Origin: a virus
IMG/VR virus record: IMGVR_UViG_3300020061_000004
Location: 59,281 to 123,280 of that record
DNA length: 64,000 nt
Strand: one strand, 5' to 3'
How positions within the stretch are numbered: the first letter of the stretch is position 1; every line of letters begins with the position of its first letter. A program made the position numbers and the translations under genes. The notes under the pieces were generated by a model that was given only the letters and a program-made list of their open reading frames with translations, was not told the DNA's origin and made no database searches. This document shows, one piece after another, positions 10,457 through 20,594 of this stretch.

Positions 10457-11734
10457 TTATCTTGAAGGTAAGCCCCAATCTAGGGTTGCTACTTTCTTAT
10501 CTTTATTACGAGAGGATTGTTCATGTTGGCTACCTTTCTTAGTAGAAACAGCACCATTTCCTTTGATGAACTTAAAGGCTTCAGCAGCGGCTTTGGATTT
10601 CTCCTGTGTTGCTACTTTATTAACAAACTTCTGCTTATCCATTACAAACATAACCAAATCAACATAATCTTGAGGGTTAGCTTGCATCTTAGCGAAGTTC
10701 ACATAGAACTTATTAACTAGATTGCCATTTGGAAGGCGCTGATCATAACTAAGAAGATAATCTTCTACAGTACGTTTTTCAGCTAATGAAAGGTCTTTAC
10801 GCTCTTTGATTGTATTACGAATATTACTTTCAAAAGTCTTTTCCTTTTCCTTCTCTTTAGCTACAAAATCTTCCTGATCTTTATTAAGCCTATCAGCTTC
10901 TTTTCCGTAGTAAGATTTCAGAAGGTCTTTAACTTCCTTAGCTTCATTTTCAAGCTCATTAGAAAGTATAAGTCCACCTATCTGCTTTTCAACCCTTTCA
11001 GGTTTCCATCCTAATACTTCAGAATAATAATGCTTAATAAGTTCTTTCTGTCCATCTACACTATCAAGAGGAATTGCTTCTACTTGTTTCTGTTCTTTAA
11101 ACAGATCGATGATCTCATCAGGTTGTCCACCATTCTTTACAAACTCAATGATAGCTTTACCAAAAGGTCCAGTACTATCTACAAGTTCTTCAAACATGCT
11201 ACTAACACGAAGAGAATCTTGCTGAGCTACTAATTTTGCATAAGTGTCTTCATCAATATCTAAGTCTTCACGACCTTCGAAATCCTGCCAAGCACCACTT
11301 TGTATAAGATACTCTACAGTAGATTTAAGAATTCCTTTTACATCACTACTATCACTCTTCTCTTCTTCTTCAGACTCTTCTTCAGATTCTTCAGAAGCTT
11401 CTTCTTTCCTTTTAACAGGAGGCTTTTTCTTTGCTTCTGGATTTTCTTCTTCTTCCTCTACTTCCTCTTCCTCATCTTCTTCATCCAGACTATCCAAATC
11501 TATATTCTGAATGTCATTACGACCAAAGGCTTCAGATATAGGTTGTTCTACACTTTTTTCTTTAGAAGCTAGAGGAGCTTTTTTACTTCCTTTAACTTCA
11601 GATTCTTCTTTTTTAGGGGCTTCTTTTTTTCCACCTACAAGAGAGTCTGCACTTGGTGTACCAGATGGTGTTTCATCAAACAGTCCATTAAGTACATCAT
11701 CGGACATCTCCATGATTTCACTTTGAAATTCCAT
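10457..11734 (-). CDS. Acidic scaffold-like protein between portal and capsid genes
   Basis: Poly-Glu N-terminal region and helical C-terminus; conserved position in crAss-like genomes. Confidence 0.6.
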   Translation of the reverse strand: MEFQSEIMEMSDDVLNGLFDETPSGTPSADSLVGGKKEAPKKEESEVKGSKKAPLASKEKSVEQPISEAFGRNDIQNIDLDSLDEEDEEEEVEEEEENPEAKKKPPVKRKEEASEESEEESEEEEKSDSSDVKGILKSTVEYLIQSGAWQDFEGREDLDIDEDTYAKLVAQQDSLRVSSMFEELVDSTGPFGKAIIEFVKNGGQPDEIIDLFKEQKQVEAIPLDSVDGQKELIKHYYSEVLGWKPERVEKQIGGLILSNELENEAKEVKDLLKSYYGKEADRLNKDQEDFVAKEKEKEKTFESNIRNTIKERKDLSLAEKRTVEDYLLSYDQRLPNGNLVNKFYVNFAKMQANPQDYVDLVMFVMDKQKFVNKVATQEKSKAAAEAFKFIKGNGAVSTKKGSQHEQSSRNKDKKVATLDWGLPSR

Positions 11735-11839
11735 TGTTGCTTGGTTTTATTAATTTAGAATCTATTACAAAAATAAGTACAAATAAGTAAGTAAGCAAAT
11801 CCTATGTTCATTAGTTGTAATACATAGCATTTCTTATAC

Positions 11840-14515
11840 TTATTTCTTACCATCGTATTTGTTTTTGTTTATTTTGGCTACTTTTAACTTTTCATTCTCT
11901 ACTCTTTCACGAGATTGTAGCTCCTGTTGACGTACTTTTAGATCAGCAGTTTTCATCTGAGCATCTATTACAGCCTTTTCACGAGCTATAGTATTCTTCT
12001 CCCTATCCAATAGCAATTTCTGCTGTCCTACTTCTGCTGCAACAGAAAGCTTATCATATTCCAGAATATCCGGAGTCTGATCAGCGTCTTCATCTTTAAG
12101 ATTATCTGGTTGACGAGAGAAGGTTTGGATATAAGCGATCTTCTCTTTAGAAGCTCTATTCTTATCATTCTCATCAGCTTGGAATGCAAGGTCTGCTTGT
12201 TTCTGCTGAGCTTCACTCTGAATCTGCTGCTGTTGCATATCCATTTGCTGTTGATACTTCTGTTCATTACGAGCCATAGCAACTTCAAGCTGAGCTTTAA
12301 TTTCAGCAGGACTATTAGATGTAATAACAGTAGCAAGATCAACTGGTGATGCTCCAGTATTATTATTAGACATAAATAACTGACGAAGAGATTCAAGTTG
12401 TCTCATATCTTCTTGAGAGTTAGACACATATACGTGAAGATCAGATAATAGGAGTTCTGTGCCATTCATCTTCATGAAAGCTCTACTCATATCTGATTTA
12501 ACATAAGATACTGTTACATCTCTTTCCTTAGACTGTACATACTGTGCAATATCTAAGTTCATCTTTAGTACACGACGCTTATATTCAGAGAACCTAGTAA
12601 AGTAAGATTCTGTCTGAGCATATGACTGAGCAATAGCTTGTTGTGTACCTGTAGCTGTTTCTGAGGCTGCCACTGACCCAAGACGCTGAGGAGTAATACC
12701 TACTTGAGATAGGGCTCTTTGTTCAAAGAACTCCATTATCTTCATTCTGGACATCATCCTTGCAGACTCATCCATATCTACTTCTTTAGGCATCTGTCCA
12801 CCTGGATTAGCACCCTTCATATTCTGGGGTGATGTATCTACAAAGGTGACACCTAAACTCTTAGCAACTAGAAGGAACTTTTCATAGGCATTCTCTCCAC
12901 CCCAGTCTTTAATGTTTGTAAGCATATTCACATCCATGATAAGGAAGCGACCAATTTCACGTTGCATTGTCTGGTAGAGTTGGTTAGCTCCTACATTAAA
13001 TCCAATCTGCCAAGGCTTCATCAAGTCTACAAGAGACATTGATTGAGAGTTTCTAGCATTGAATATCTGTCCACATACTGGTAGCTTCGCATAGTAAGGA
13101 TTGAAATCTCCTCTAAACTGAAATGGAAGAGGACCAGCATTTACATAAATATCTTCTTTTAATTGTGTACCATGTTTACATATCTTAATCCCACGCCAAA
13201 TTTCATTTACCCATGTCCAAGACACAGTATTAATTTGATCATCATTCTCATAGATAGCACTATCAAGTTCTTTAAATCCAGGAGGTACTACAAATGTTTC
13301 ATCTACAAGTTGCTTAGTAACTAAGTTAGTTTCAGGATCGATAAAGGTTACTTTACCTATCTTCTTCTGTGATTTCCAATAGGCTTCTAATACTTTCAGA
13401 TAGCCTCTAGTATTAAGGAAGTATGGATTATGTGTACTAAGTTCTGTAGACATGAAGTCTCCAGTAAAGGTGGGAATATAGGGAGCAGCAGGATTGACAC
13501 CAAAGGTATCAGTCATAAGTTTACCATCTCCATAGTTCTGGTATGGTACTACAGCACCATATGCAATACCCTGTCCATCAGTTCCAGATATCTTACCCAT
13601 TAAGTCCTTAGAGAGTTCCAAGTCTTTAAGGGTAGACTTTTTCATCATATACCCATATCTATCTACAACATCAGATACAGTTAGATATATAATACGTCCT
13701 ACATAGTCACCTTCTTCAGCATGTTCTACTTCAGGACTCTTATGGAAGAATGTATTAACAGGGTTCCAAGTTTCTTGGTTATACCCATTTGATGTCAGAT
13801 AGAAGTGTCTAAATGCACGATCCGCAGTGAGCATATCTTCAAACTCTCTACGTTCTAGTTCAGGAAGATAGAAACGCTGCCTATCAAGTTCAAGTTGGTA
13901 TTGTCCCCATATCTCAGCAGTATCCTGCCAAGAGTATTTCATATACTTCTCTATTTCTGGAGGAGTAAGAGCCTGACGCTGTTGTTCTACTTGTTGTTGA
14001 TATTGCTGTTGTTCTTGAGGAGAATTAAATTGATCCTTATTAGGATTCAATCCCATTTGTGCAAGACGTAAGTTTACTTCATTATTAACCTCTTGCATTA
14101 CATGCTCTAGTAGGAGACGAGTCTTTTCACGAACATAACTATTTGTAGTATTTTCATCATAACCCTTTACTCTAAAGTTATCAGGGCGCTTCTGGTATTC
14201 ACCAGATAAAGTATTGATTACCTGAGAGATAATATCATAGTGACGTAAGTAGTTAGGAATTTCAAATTCTCTGGAAAGCTGATGTACCATATCAGCATAT
14301 TCATCCTGTTCTAGGTAGTGAGAGAAAATGAATTTACCCTTAACCATCTCATAGTTTTCTATAAGACTCATGTTAGAGTAGTATTGAAGAGTTCCTATTC
14401 TCTCCAAAGAGTCCATATTGTCCTTAATCCACTGAGCATTTTTCTTGGTTAAGGGAACCATTTGGGCTGGTAAGGCCACATTAGGGTTCGTATTAATTGC
14501 CGGACTTATATTCAT
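11840..14515 (-). CDS. Portal protein
   Basis: 891 aa after the terminase; LRHYDIISQVINTLSGEY, GITPQRLG and a Gln-rich coiled-coil C-terminus. Confidence 0.8.
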   Translation of the reverse strand: MNISPAINTNPNVALPAQMVPLTKKNAQWIKDNMDSLERIGTLQYYSNMSLIENYEMVKGKFIFSHYLEQDEYADMVHQLSREFEIPNYLRHYDIISQVINTLSGEYQKRPDNFRVKGYDENTTNSYVREKTRLLLEHVMQEVNNEVNLRLAQMGLNPNKDQFNSPQEQQQYQQQVEQQRQALTPPEIEKYMKYSWQDTAEIWGQYQLELDRQRFYLPELERREFEDMLTADRAFRHFYLTSNGYNQETWNPVNTFFHKSPEVEHAEEGDYVGRIIYLTVSDVVDRYGYMMKKSTLKDLELSKDLMGKISGTDGQGIAYGAVVPYQNYGDGKLMTDTFGVNPAAPYIPTFTGDFMSTELSTHNPYFLNTRGYLKVLEAYWKSQKKIGKVTFIDPETNLVTKQLVDETFVVPPGFKELDSAIYENDDQINTVSWTWVNEIWRGIKICKHGTQLKEDIYVNAGPLPFQFRGDFNPYYAKLPVCGQIFNARNSQSMSLVDLMKPWQIGFNVGANQLYQTMQREIGRFLIMDVNMLTNIKDWGGENAYEKFLLVAKSLGVTFVDTSPQNMKGANPGGQMPKEVDMDESARMMSRMKIMEFFEQRALSQVGITPQRLGSVAASETATGTQQAIAQSYAQTESYFTRFSEYKRRVLKMNLDIAQYVQSKERDVTVSYVKSDMSRAFMKMNGTELLLSDLHVYVSNSQEDMRQLESLRQLFMSNNNTGASPVDLATVITSNSPAEIKAQLEVAMARNEQKYQQQMDMQQQQIQSEAQQKQADLAFQADENDKNRASKEKIAYIQTFSRQPDNLKDEDADQTPDILEYDKLSVAAEVGQQKLLLDREKNTIAREKAVIDAQMKTADLKVRQQELQSRERVENEKLKVAKINKNKYDGKK

Positions 14516-14592
14516 TCTTTGATATTAAATAGCACAAATGTACTTAAAAACGATTAGATTATAAAGTATGTAACCATAATAACATATTATGA

Positions 14593-16665
14593 TTACCTGG
14601 ATTGTTTATTATGCTTGAAGGTGAATGTACTCTGTACCTTTCCAAATCCTTGTCCTATCCTTACAAAGGGTGAAGCAAGCATTGGATCATGTACCTTCTT
14701 AGGCATTAGAGGATCAAAGGGTTGTTCAGCTATATTACTAACAGGATAGTATTTATCCAGATGCTTAGCAAATGCTAAAGCATGCCTGAAGGCCACTATA
14801 CGGTCATAGTTACCATCCTTTGGATCATACTTGATAATCTCCATTAGAAGTACAGGGTCCAGAATTCGGGTTATACCAAGCTTGTAGATGGGTTCTCTTG
14901 TAACAGGATGTGTTCCTATCTGTATCTGTTCCTTACAATATTCTATCATTAAGGACATACAGTAGTTAATATTAGCTACTGTTGGTGATAAGCCATATAC
15001 TTTACCACCTTGGTTAGCTCTAGTCTTAGGATTTATTTCTCTTGCAATATTAAATCCCTGTCCAAGCATATGTCCTTTATTCTTACGCTCAAAATACTGG
15101 ATGAATGTACCTGCTGCATTTTCTGGAAAGCATGTAGCATTATAATAATCCATTAACATCTCAACATCTTCATGCCAAGAATCCATTCTCTCAGGACGAG
15201 ATGCCAAAGATGCCACCACCATATTCTGATAGGTTTCACCAGATACATCTGTCATTCTCTTATAGATGAAGAGTGTCCCTAGAGAGTCAGACCAATCTGA
15301 TATATCATTATTATACGGGTCGGCTCCAGCTACATAAAGCCCCATAGGAGCATTTGTAATAGGTTCTTCCCATATTACTATAGGGCAATCTGTGCCTAAG
15401 TTTCCTTTTGTTGGAAACTCTGAGATTGGTAGATCAGTAGGATCAGCATTTTTCTGAATTACCCTACCATTAGAATCTCTATATAGACGTACATAACGTC
15501 CCTTAATTTGATTAGTTTGTAAGTATTCCAGATGCTGTCTAGCTGCTTCCAAAGGGAACGGATTACTACTACCTGATAGAAAGCATTCCTCTGGTGTCAG
15601 AGGATGATACATTACAGCCTTTAAATACTCTTGTTTATCTGGGTCTTTAGACTTGATGAGTCTTTCTTCTTCTATCTTTAAGCGAGCTTTCTCTTTATCT
15701 GATACCTTAATAGGAATTGTCTTAGCTTCTAATCCAATTCCTGTAAATCCTTTTGATAAGAGATAGTCATATAGATTGGAATCAGTCTTACAATCCATTC
15801 GGTAAAGACCAGACATGAATAAGCCAGTCTTCTTTCCTGTCTCTTCATTTACTACTTCTTGGAAGTTATTAGCTGTGGGATGTTCAAATACACGTTTAGC
15901 ATCATTACCTTTCTCAAAACTACCACCAGTACCCACTAGGATTGGAACACAACGCCAGCCGTATGGTGATAGGAACGCTGGTTTATGTGCTTCAAATACT
16001 GGTGAAAATAGATATTTACCAATTTCATCATATACTGCTGCCTTTGCTGTTGTACCAGCCGCGGCTTCTGTATTTGTACCTTCTTCTGCATTACGAATCA
16101 TTATATAACTCCACACATGGTCTTCATTATTCTTGTCTTTAAAACCAAGACGTAATGTTGGCTTCCTCCAGTCTTTATCTAGTTTAGGGATAGCCAATCC
16201 TTGCCACATATGTTTCCATCCAAAATCAATCTTCTCTGTAAGAAGCTTCATGTCTGCTCCATTACCCGCTACAAGTACACTCTGTGAATTCTCATATAAT
16301 ATAGCTGTCATACCAATATGAGAAGCTTCCCATTCTGATTTACCTCCCTGACGTAATCCCACTTCTATATATCCCTTCTGAGCTACACGAGCTTTCTCAA
16401 AATACTCAGCACGTTCCCATTCATTATCTCTAAGATCAGGTAGGGATGGTGTACGTACAATGTTTCCCCACTTATCCTTCTTATCCACAATAATATGCCA
16501 GTGATTCAAATGCCCATATAAAATTCCAGGAATATGAACACCACCAATAGTAATACCCCCCATGCACTTTTCAATTTCCCACTCTACAAGAGAAGTGAAA
16601 TCATCAGTACCGGGAGGTGGCAAAGTTTTTATATTTCTAAAAAACTCAGTTGTTTTAATCTGCAT
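14593..16665 (-). CDS. terL: Terminase large subunit
   Basis: RQGGKS Walker A, VYDEIG Walker B, GTGG coupling motif, nuclease motifs AGADPY and GNYDRI. Confidence 0.9.
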   Translation of the reverse strand: MQIKTTEFFRNIKTLPPPGTDDFTSLVEWEIEKCMGGITIGGVHIPGILYGHLNHWHIIVDKKDKWGNIVRTPSLPDLRDNEWERAEYFEKARVAQKGYIEVGLRQGGKSEWEASHIGMTAILYENSQSVLVAGNGADMKLLTEKIDFGWKHMWQGLAIPKLDKDWRKPTLRLGFKDKNNEDHVWSYIMIRNAEEGTNTEAAAGTTAKAAVYDEIGKYLFSPVFEAHKPAFLSPYGWRCVPILVGTGGSFEKGNDAKRVFEHPTANNFQEVVNEETGKKTGLFMSGLYRMDCKTDSNLYDYLLSKGFTGIGLEAKTIPIKVSDKEKARLKIEEERLIKSKDPDKQEYLKAVMYHPLTPEECFLSGSSNPFPLEAARQHLEYLQTNQIKGRYVRLYRDSNGRVIQKNADPTDLPISEFPTKGNLGTDCPIVIWEEPITNAPMGLYVAGADPYNNDISDWSDSLGTLFIYKRMTDVSGETYQNMVVASLASRPERMDSWHEDVEMLMDYYNATCFPENAAGTFIQYFERKNKGHMLGQGFNIAREINPKTRANQGGKVYGLSPTVANINYCMSLMIEYCKEQIQIGTHPVTREPIYKLGITRILDPVLLMEIIKYDPKDGNYDRIVAFRHALAFAKHLDKYYPVSNIAEQPFDPLMPKKVHDPMLASPFVRIGQGFGKVQSTFTFKHNKQSR

Positions 16666-16978
16666 CTCTCTGCATTCTATGAGGAATATTAGTATTCCCT
16701 TTTGCTTCAGCCTTAGTTGCTTCTTTTTCTCTTAATTTATCTATCACTTCCAAAAGAAGAAGATAGTTCTTCATGGTATCTTGTACAGATTTAATCTGTT
16801 GTTCAATAGAAGCCACTACTGTACGCATCATACCACCATTCTTCGTCTCCTTATAGTCCATCCTATCTGTTAGTTGATCTATAGGATTGATGTCAATGTA
16901 ATTACGCCATTTCTTTAATTGCTCTTCAGCCCAATCTAAATCTGATGTTATGTAACTATTAACTTTCTTTGCTGCCAT
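16655..16978 (-). CDS. Hypothetical protein, possible terminase small subunit
   Basis: Helical 107-aa ORF overlapping the terL start. Confidence 0.4.
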   Translation of the reverse strand: MAAKKVNSYITSDLDWAEEQLKKWRNYIDINPIDQLTDRMDYKETKNGGMMRTVVASIEQQIKSVQDTMKNYLLLLEVIDKLREKEATKAEAKGNTNIPHRMQRDAD

Positions 16979-17444
16979 CTATTTGGTTTTGAGCACTAGG
17001 TTGGATTTGAACCAACGGTTGTACGGTTTTGCAGACCGGTGCCTTGGACCCCTCAGCCACTAGTGCAGGTTTCTGTGCGAAATCTAAATACTTTGATATT
17101 AAAATCTTATTCTTAAGAACGTAATCAAATATCTTCTCCACTATATATCCTGTTATATATGCTCTTGTCTCACCTAGTTTCTCTACTTCAGTCTTCTCGA
17201 TGATGTAGTCTACAATGTGGGACACTTCATGTACAATGCAGTTGGGAGTGAGTCCATGTAACTGATAGAAGATGAAGTATTTATGATCAGGTGTATCTAG
17301 TGATAAACCATAATAGCCTCCTTCTGCAAGAGGCTCCATACCATACTTCTTAAGATATCTTGGTACTATCTTTTCAATCTCTTCATCTATAATAATAGTG
17401 AGGTTGAACTCAAAGATAGGTATCTTTATAGTTGTCTTATACAT
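16959..17444 (-). CDS. Putative zincin-like metalloprotein
   Basis: HEVSH (HExxH) motif followed by ETRAY. Confidence 0.5.
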   Translation of the reverse strand: MYKTTIKIPIFEFNLTIIIDEEIEKIVPRYLKKYGMEPLAEGGYYGLSLDTPDHKYFIFYQLHGLTPNCIVHEVSHIVDYIIEKTEVEKLGETRAYITGYIVEKIFDYVLKNKILISKYLDFAQKPALVAEGSKAPVCKTVQPLVQIQPSAQNQIDGSKES

Positions 17445-17454
17445 AGAAGATATT

Positions 17455-17529
17455 TGGAAGCGGGAGCGGGATTTGAACCCGCGACCTTTGAGTTATGAGC
17501 CCAACGAGCTACCTCTGCTCTACCCCGCT
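17455..17529 (-). tRNA. tRNA-Met(CAT), initiator-like
   Basis: AGCGGGGTAGAGCAGAGGTAGCTCGTTGGGCTCATAACTCAAAGGTCGCGGGTTCAAATCCCGCTCCCGCTTCCA; body resembles fMet tRNA, CCA encoded. Confidence 0.9.
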
Positions 17530-17535
17530 ATATTA

Positions 17536-17763
17536 TTAATCTTCTATTTGTGTTGCCTTATCAGCTAGATCAGTCTCAAGTTCATCACGATAGTTTTCAA
17601 ACTTCTTGAGAAGTTCTTCATCACTCCAGTTATAATTACCTGTTTGGGGGCGCATCACATGCACAATATGCTGTGAGATACTATACTGGGGAAACAACTC
17701 TACTATCTCTACGAAATGATGAAAAATCTGTTGCTTGATCTGAGTTTTTTGTTTATTGCTCAT
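17536..17763 (-). CDS. Hypothetical protein
   Basis: 75-aa ORF coupled to the upstream gene. Confidence 0.6.
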   Translation of the reverse strand: MSNKQKTQIKQQIFHHFVEIVELFPQYSISQHIVHVMRPQTGNYNWSDEELLKKFENYRDELETDLADKATQIED

Positions 17764-18181
17764 TGGTTTTTGTTTTGTATGCTGTCCATTTAAGTTCCAT
17801 ATTGATGTTGTTATTCTGATTAAAGGCTAACAACTCTTTATCCTTGCAAGTACAATTTGATAAGTTATCAAAATTGCAACAATCAATTCCACAATTTGCT
17901 TCTAGTGAAGCTGTCTTTCTAGTGATTGTACATCCACACATAATACAATGTTCATCAAATCTATCTGTCTTATATCCAGTAGATACTGCATTTGAACTAT
18001 TGAATGGACACGTTGCACATATAAATCTTCTTCTTGCTATTTCTGCTTGTTCATCTTCAGGAAGGATATCATATTGCAATTTCACTTGATTCACTATCCC
18101 CTCCACTATCAAGTCTGCATTCTGTACTACTGTCGGCAGTAGTTTTACATATTCTATTAGTCCTTTTAGCATAAGCTTCAT
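17753..18181 (-). CDS. Cys-rich putative Zn-binding protein
   Basis: ICATCPF, HCIMCGC and further Cys clusters. Confidence 0.6.
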   Translation of the reverse strand: MKLMLKGLIEYVKLLPTVVQNADLIVEGIVNQVKLQYDILPEDEQAEIARRRFICATCPFNSSNAVSTGYKTDRFDEHCIMCGCTITRKTASLEANCGIDCCNFDNLSNCTCKDKELLAFNQNNNINMELKWTAYKTKTNEQ

Positions 18182-18512
18182 AATACTGTGTTGCTAATGT
18201 ATTCCTCTGTATTAAGGCTTTTCTAAGTTTGCCATAGTTTACTTCGAGGAGCAGGTCTTTTGTTGATTCTTTATACCTGATAGACTTCTTTATATTCCTA
18301 ATCTTATTAATTGTGGACTTTATAAAGTAGTCTATCTTACGTTTACTTGTTGTTATTGTTCCTAAGTACTTGATACTCACCGATGTAGACTCAAGGCCAC
18401 TTAGTTTTTTCCTTACTTCTTTCCAATAAAAATCATTCACACTATCAACAATCTTCTCTTCTATTCCCATCTCACGGGATACTATCTTGCTGATTACTTG
18501 AATAGTTTTCAT
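18069..18512 (-). CDS. Putative HU/IHF-like DNA-binding protein
   Basis: Basic; helix-turn-helix start then VSIKYLGTI strand as in the IHF-like proteins of crAss-like phages. Confidence 0.5.
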   Translation of the reverse strand: MKTIQVISKIVSREMGIEEKIVDSVNDFYWKEVRKKLSGLESTSVSIKYLGTITTSKRKIDYFIKSTINKIRNIKKSIRYKESTKDLLLEVNYGKLRKALIQRNTLATQYYEAYAKRTNRICKTTADSSTECRLDSGGDSESSEIAI

Positions 18513-18853
18513 TAGCTATTATCTATTTTAATCAGTACACCAATCACAGGATTAACAGGAAAGTCTAAGTCTGCATTAAGTGTGTAGTCTTTAGAATCTA
18601 CAGGACGCACTAACATTCCAAACTTCTTAAGTTTACTCATTGTATTCTTCAGACTATCCTCTGTTTTGAGAATATTTGAAGAAAGAATAAGGTCTTTAGT
18701 TTTTCTATTAATCCTATATACCATGAAATAAGCAAGGACTGTGAGTTCAGTATCAGAAAGTCGTATATTCTTGAGTAAACAAAAGATACCAATTACTTTC
18801 TTTGCCTGTTCCACCTTGCTATTGGTTTTAAGTTTGATTTTTACAAGCTGCAT
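18512..18853 (-). CDS. Hypothetical winged-helix-like protein (start MQLVKI)
   Basis: ORF downstream of a promoter; LKNTMSKLKKFGMLVR pattern. Confidence 0.5.
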   Translation of the reverse strand: MQLVKIKLKTNSKVEQAKKVIGIFCLLKNIRLSDTELTVLAYFMVYRINRKTKDLILSSNILKTEDSLKNTMSKLKKFGMLVRPVDSKDYTLNADLDFPVNPVIGVLIKIDNS

Positions 18854-18910
18854 TTCCTTAATTTCTACACAAAGATAAGTAATTGATTTCAATTAACCAA
18901 ATCTTTTTCA

Positions 18911-19396
18911 CTAATTATGATTATTTGCTGTAATTAAGTCTCTATATCTCTCATTTACAATCTTAGCCTGAGCTGATGAAGGTATTCTTCCTGATTCTAA
19001 TAGGGAAAGGATACTTCTGAAGTAAGGAGCAGGGGATATTTGTAATATCTTCTTACAACGCTTCTTATATTCCTCTATAACTCCTTGTATTCTAGTGGTA
19101 TCCTTTGATTTATTCTTCTTTACTCTTCTGGTTGATGAAGGTTTCTTCATGAAAGAAGCTATTGTTCTTTTCTCATGTGCTTTTGAATGACAATCTGCAC
19201 AAAGAGTAACTAAAGCTTTCAAAGGATATTCCCAAGGACTCTTATCTTTGATGTAATAGAGATGATGAACATGCAACATACAATTTGTAGCCTTACAATT
19301 CCTGCATGTATACTTATCACGGTTTAAAACCTGAACCCTAACTACATCAACCCAGCGTGTATCAAGTAATAATATTTTATATTCTTCTTTTGTCAT
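18911..19396 (-). CDS. HNH endonuclease (start probably MTKEEY)
   Basis: RDKYTCRNC...LHVHH...LVTLCADCH. Confidence 0.8.
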   Translation of the reverse strand: MTKEEYKILLLDTRWVDVVRVQVLNRDKYTCRNCKATNCMLHVHHLYYIKDKSPWEYPLKALVTLCADCHSKAHEKRTIASFMKKPSSTRRVKKNKSKDTTRIQGVIEEYKKRCKKILQISPAPYFRSILSLLESGRIPSSAQAKIVNERYRDLITANNHN

Positions 19397-19476
19397 AATA
19401 TTCTCTGTTGAGTATGCAATACTACGGAAAATTATTGACATTATGCCACTTTTTTCAATATTTATTTTTATATAAT

Positions 19477-19504
19477 ATAAAAACCCCTCACTTGGAGGGG
19501 CTTG
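19477..19504 (-). terminator. Intrinsic terminator
   Basis: AAGCCCCTC-CAAGT-GAGGGGTTTT. Confidence 0.7.
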
Positions 19505-19524
19505 CAACAAAAGAAGGTAGCAGA

Positions 19525-19671
19525 TTAGACTTTTTTAGCATCTGCTTCGACAGTAGAAGCTACTTCTTCAACCTTTTCAATAATCGGCTCGATCTTTTCC
19601 TTGTTATTACGGTAAATTAATATACCTGCAATGAACAAACCAAGAGATACAATAGCAACGAGTGGAACCAT
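19525..19671 (-). CDS. Small single-pass membrane protein (48 aa, not in the ORF track)
   Basis: MVPLVAIVSLGLFIAGILIYRNNKEKIEPIIEKVEEVASTVEADAKKV, with its own promoter (about 19690-19721) and terminator. Confidence 0.65.
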   Translation of the reverse strand: MVPLVAIVSLGLFIAGILIYRNNKEKIEPIIEKVEEVASTVEADAKKV

Positions 19672-19721
19672 ATGTTTCAAATTTAGATACAAAGATAATA
19701 ACTTCTTAGGAAATTACCAAA

Positions 19722-19795
19722 TGGCACGGGAGGCTTGATTCGAACAAACATCAAAGGTTTTGGAGACCTCTATTCTACCATTGAACTACTCCCGT
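19722..19795 (-). tRNA. tRNA-Trp(CCA)
   Basis: Cloverleaf, anticodon loop CTCCAAA, CCA end. Confidence 0.9.
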
Positions 19796-19796
19796 A

Positions 19797-19871
19797 TGGG
19801 GTGAAAGGACGGTAATGATCCGTCTTCTATGCCTTCACAGGGCACCGCATCACCTTAATGCTTCAGACACC
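19797..19871 (-). tRNA. tRNA-His(GTG), atypical acceptor stem
   Basis: Loop CTGTGAA, G-1:C73, CCA end; acceptor GTGTCTG/CTTTCAC has three mismatches. Confidence 0.8.
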
Positions 19872-19880
19872 ATGTATTAT

Positions 19881-19953
19881 GTACCCGATCATGGGAACGA
19901 TCCACATTCTCCTGCTTCAAAGGCAGGCATAATACCTTTATACTACTCGGGTA
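19881..19953 (-). tRNA. tRNA-Gln(TTG)
   Basis: Stem CCTGC/GCAGG, loop CTTTGAA. Confidence 0.8.
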
Positions 19954-19957
19954 TAAG

Positions 19958-20028
19958 TTGGGGAAGATTGAATCGAACAACCACCAAAGGTGTCAGAGAC
20001 CTTTGTACTACCATTATACGATTCCCCA
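19958..20028 (-). tRNA. tRNA-Gln(CTG)
   Basis: Stem AAGGT/ACCTT, loop CTCTGAC, Gln-type body. Confidence 0.85.
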
Positions 20029-20074
20029 AAATGAAGGTTCCTTACTCAATGAAGTATGCCTACAACCCAAAATG

Positions 20075-20147
20075 TGGTACAGGTTAGTTATGATCTAACT
20101 CCTCGGGATTTTCAGTCCCGCGCTTCTACCAAGTTAGCTTCTGTACC
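20075..20147 (-). tRNA. tRNA-Phe(GAA)
   Basis: Stem CGGGA/TCCCG, loop CTGAAAA. Confidence 0.9.
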
Positions 20148-20152
20148 ATAAG

Positions 20153-20226
20153 AGCCCTAGCCGGAACTCGAAGCCGGTCTGTTCCGCATTACAAGTGCGG
20201 CGCTGCACCATATCAGCATCTCGGGC
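20153..20226 (-). tRNA. tRNA-Thr(TGT)
   Basis: Stem CCGCA/TGCGG, loop CTTGTAA. Confidence 0.85.
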
Positions 20227-20275
20227 AGTTGACATTTGATTTTCACATAAAACAAAGTTTCCAAACAAAACATCG

Positions 20276-20376
20276 CTAATGGGGTACGATTCGAACGTAC
20301 ATGCAGAGGTTATTAATTCCCTATATCTGCACCACCGAGAAAAGGAGGCGAGTCTGCCAAGTTCCAACACCCATTA
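20276..20376 (-). ncRNA. Aberrant class II tRNA-like RNA (about 30-nt variable arm, loop TTTTCTC)
   Basis: Perfect acceptor TAATGGG/CCCATTA, T-arm GTACG-TTCGAAT-CGTAC, Leu/Ser-type D region, long TGCAGA...TCTGCA arm. Confidence 0.7.
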
Positions 20377-20381
20377 ATCTG

Positions 20382-20453
20382 CGGGGAAGGTATGGATCGA
20401 ACATACGACCTGAGAGTTAACAGCTCCCTGCTCTACCGCTGAGCTACTTCCCC
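20382..20453 (-). tRNA. tRNA-Asn(GTT)
   Basis: Canonical cloverleaf, loop CTGTTAA. Confidence 0.9.
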
Positions 20454-20510
20454 AAAATAGGGTGTAAGGGTTCTTCCTTACACAGGGTGCGCTTACCCCA
20501 CTTCCTATTG

Positions 20511-20586
20511 CCGGCAATACGGGATTTGAACCCGTGGTCTTCCCGTAGACAGCGGGACAGGGACAACCAGACTCCCCTAAATGCCG
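20511..20586 (-). tRNA. tRNA-Asp(GTC)
   Basis: Stem TCCCG/CGGGA, loop CTGTCTA (pyrimidine at 37), G73. Confidence 0.85.
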
Positions 20587-20594
20587 AATAAAAG

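Noticed and set aside
11360-11490. TCT/TCC-rich repetitive tract
   Set aside because: It encodes the poly-Glu region of the scaffold-like protein and is not a separate repeat element
19477-19721. Possible fourth attenuator (promoter, short ORF, terminator) ahead of the HNH gene
   Set aside because: The ORF looks like a membrane protein, has no segment complementary to the terminator and no tRNA array follows
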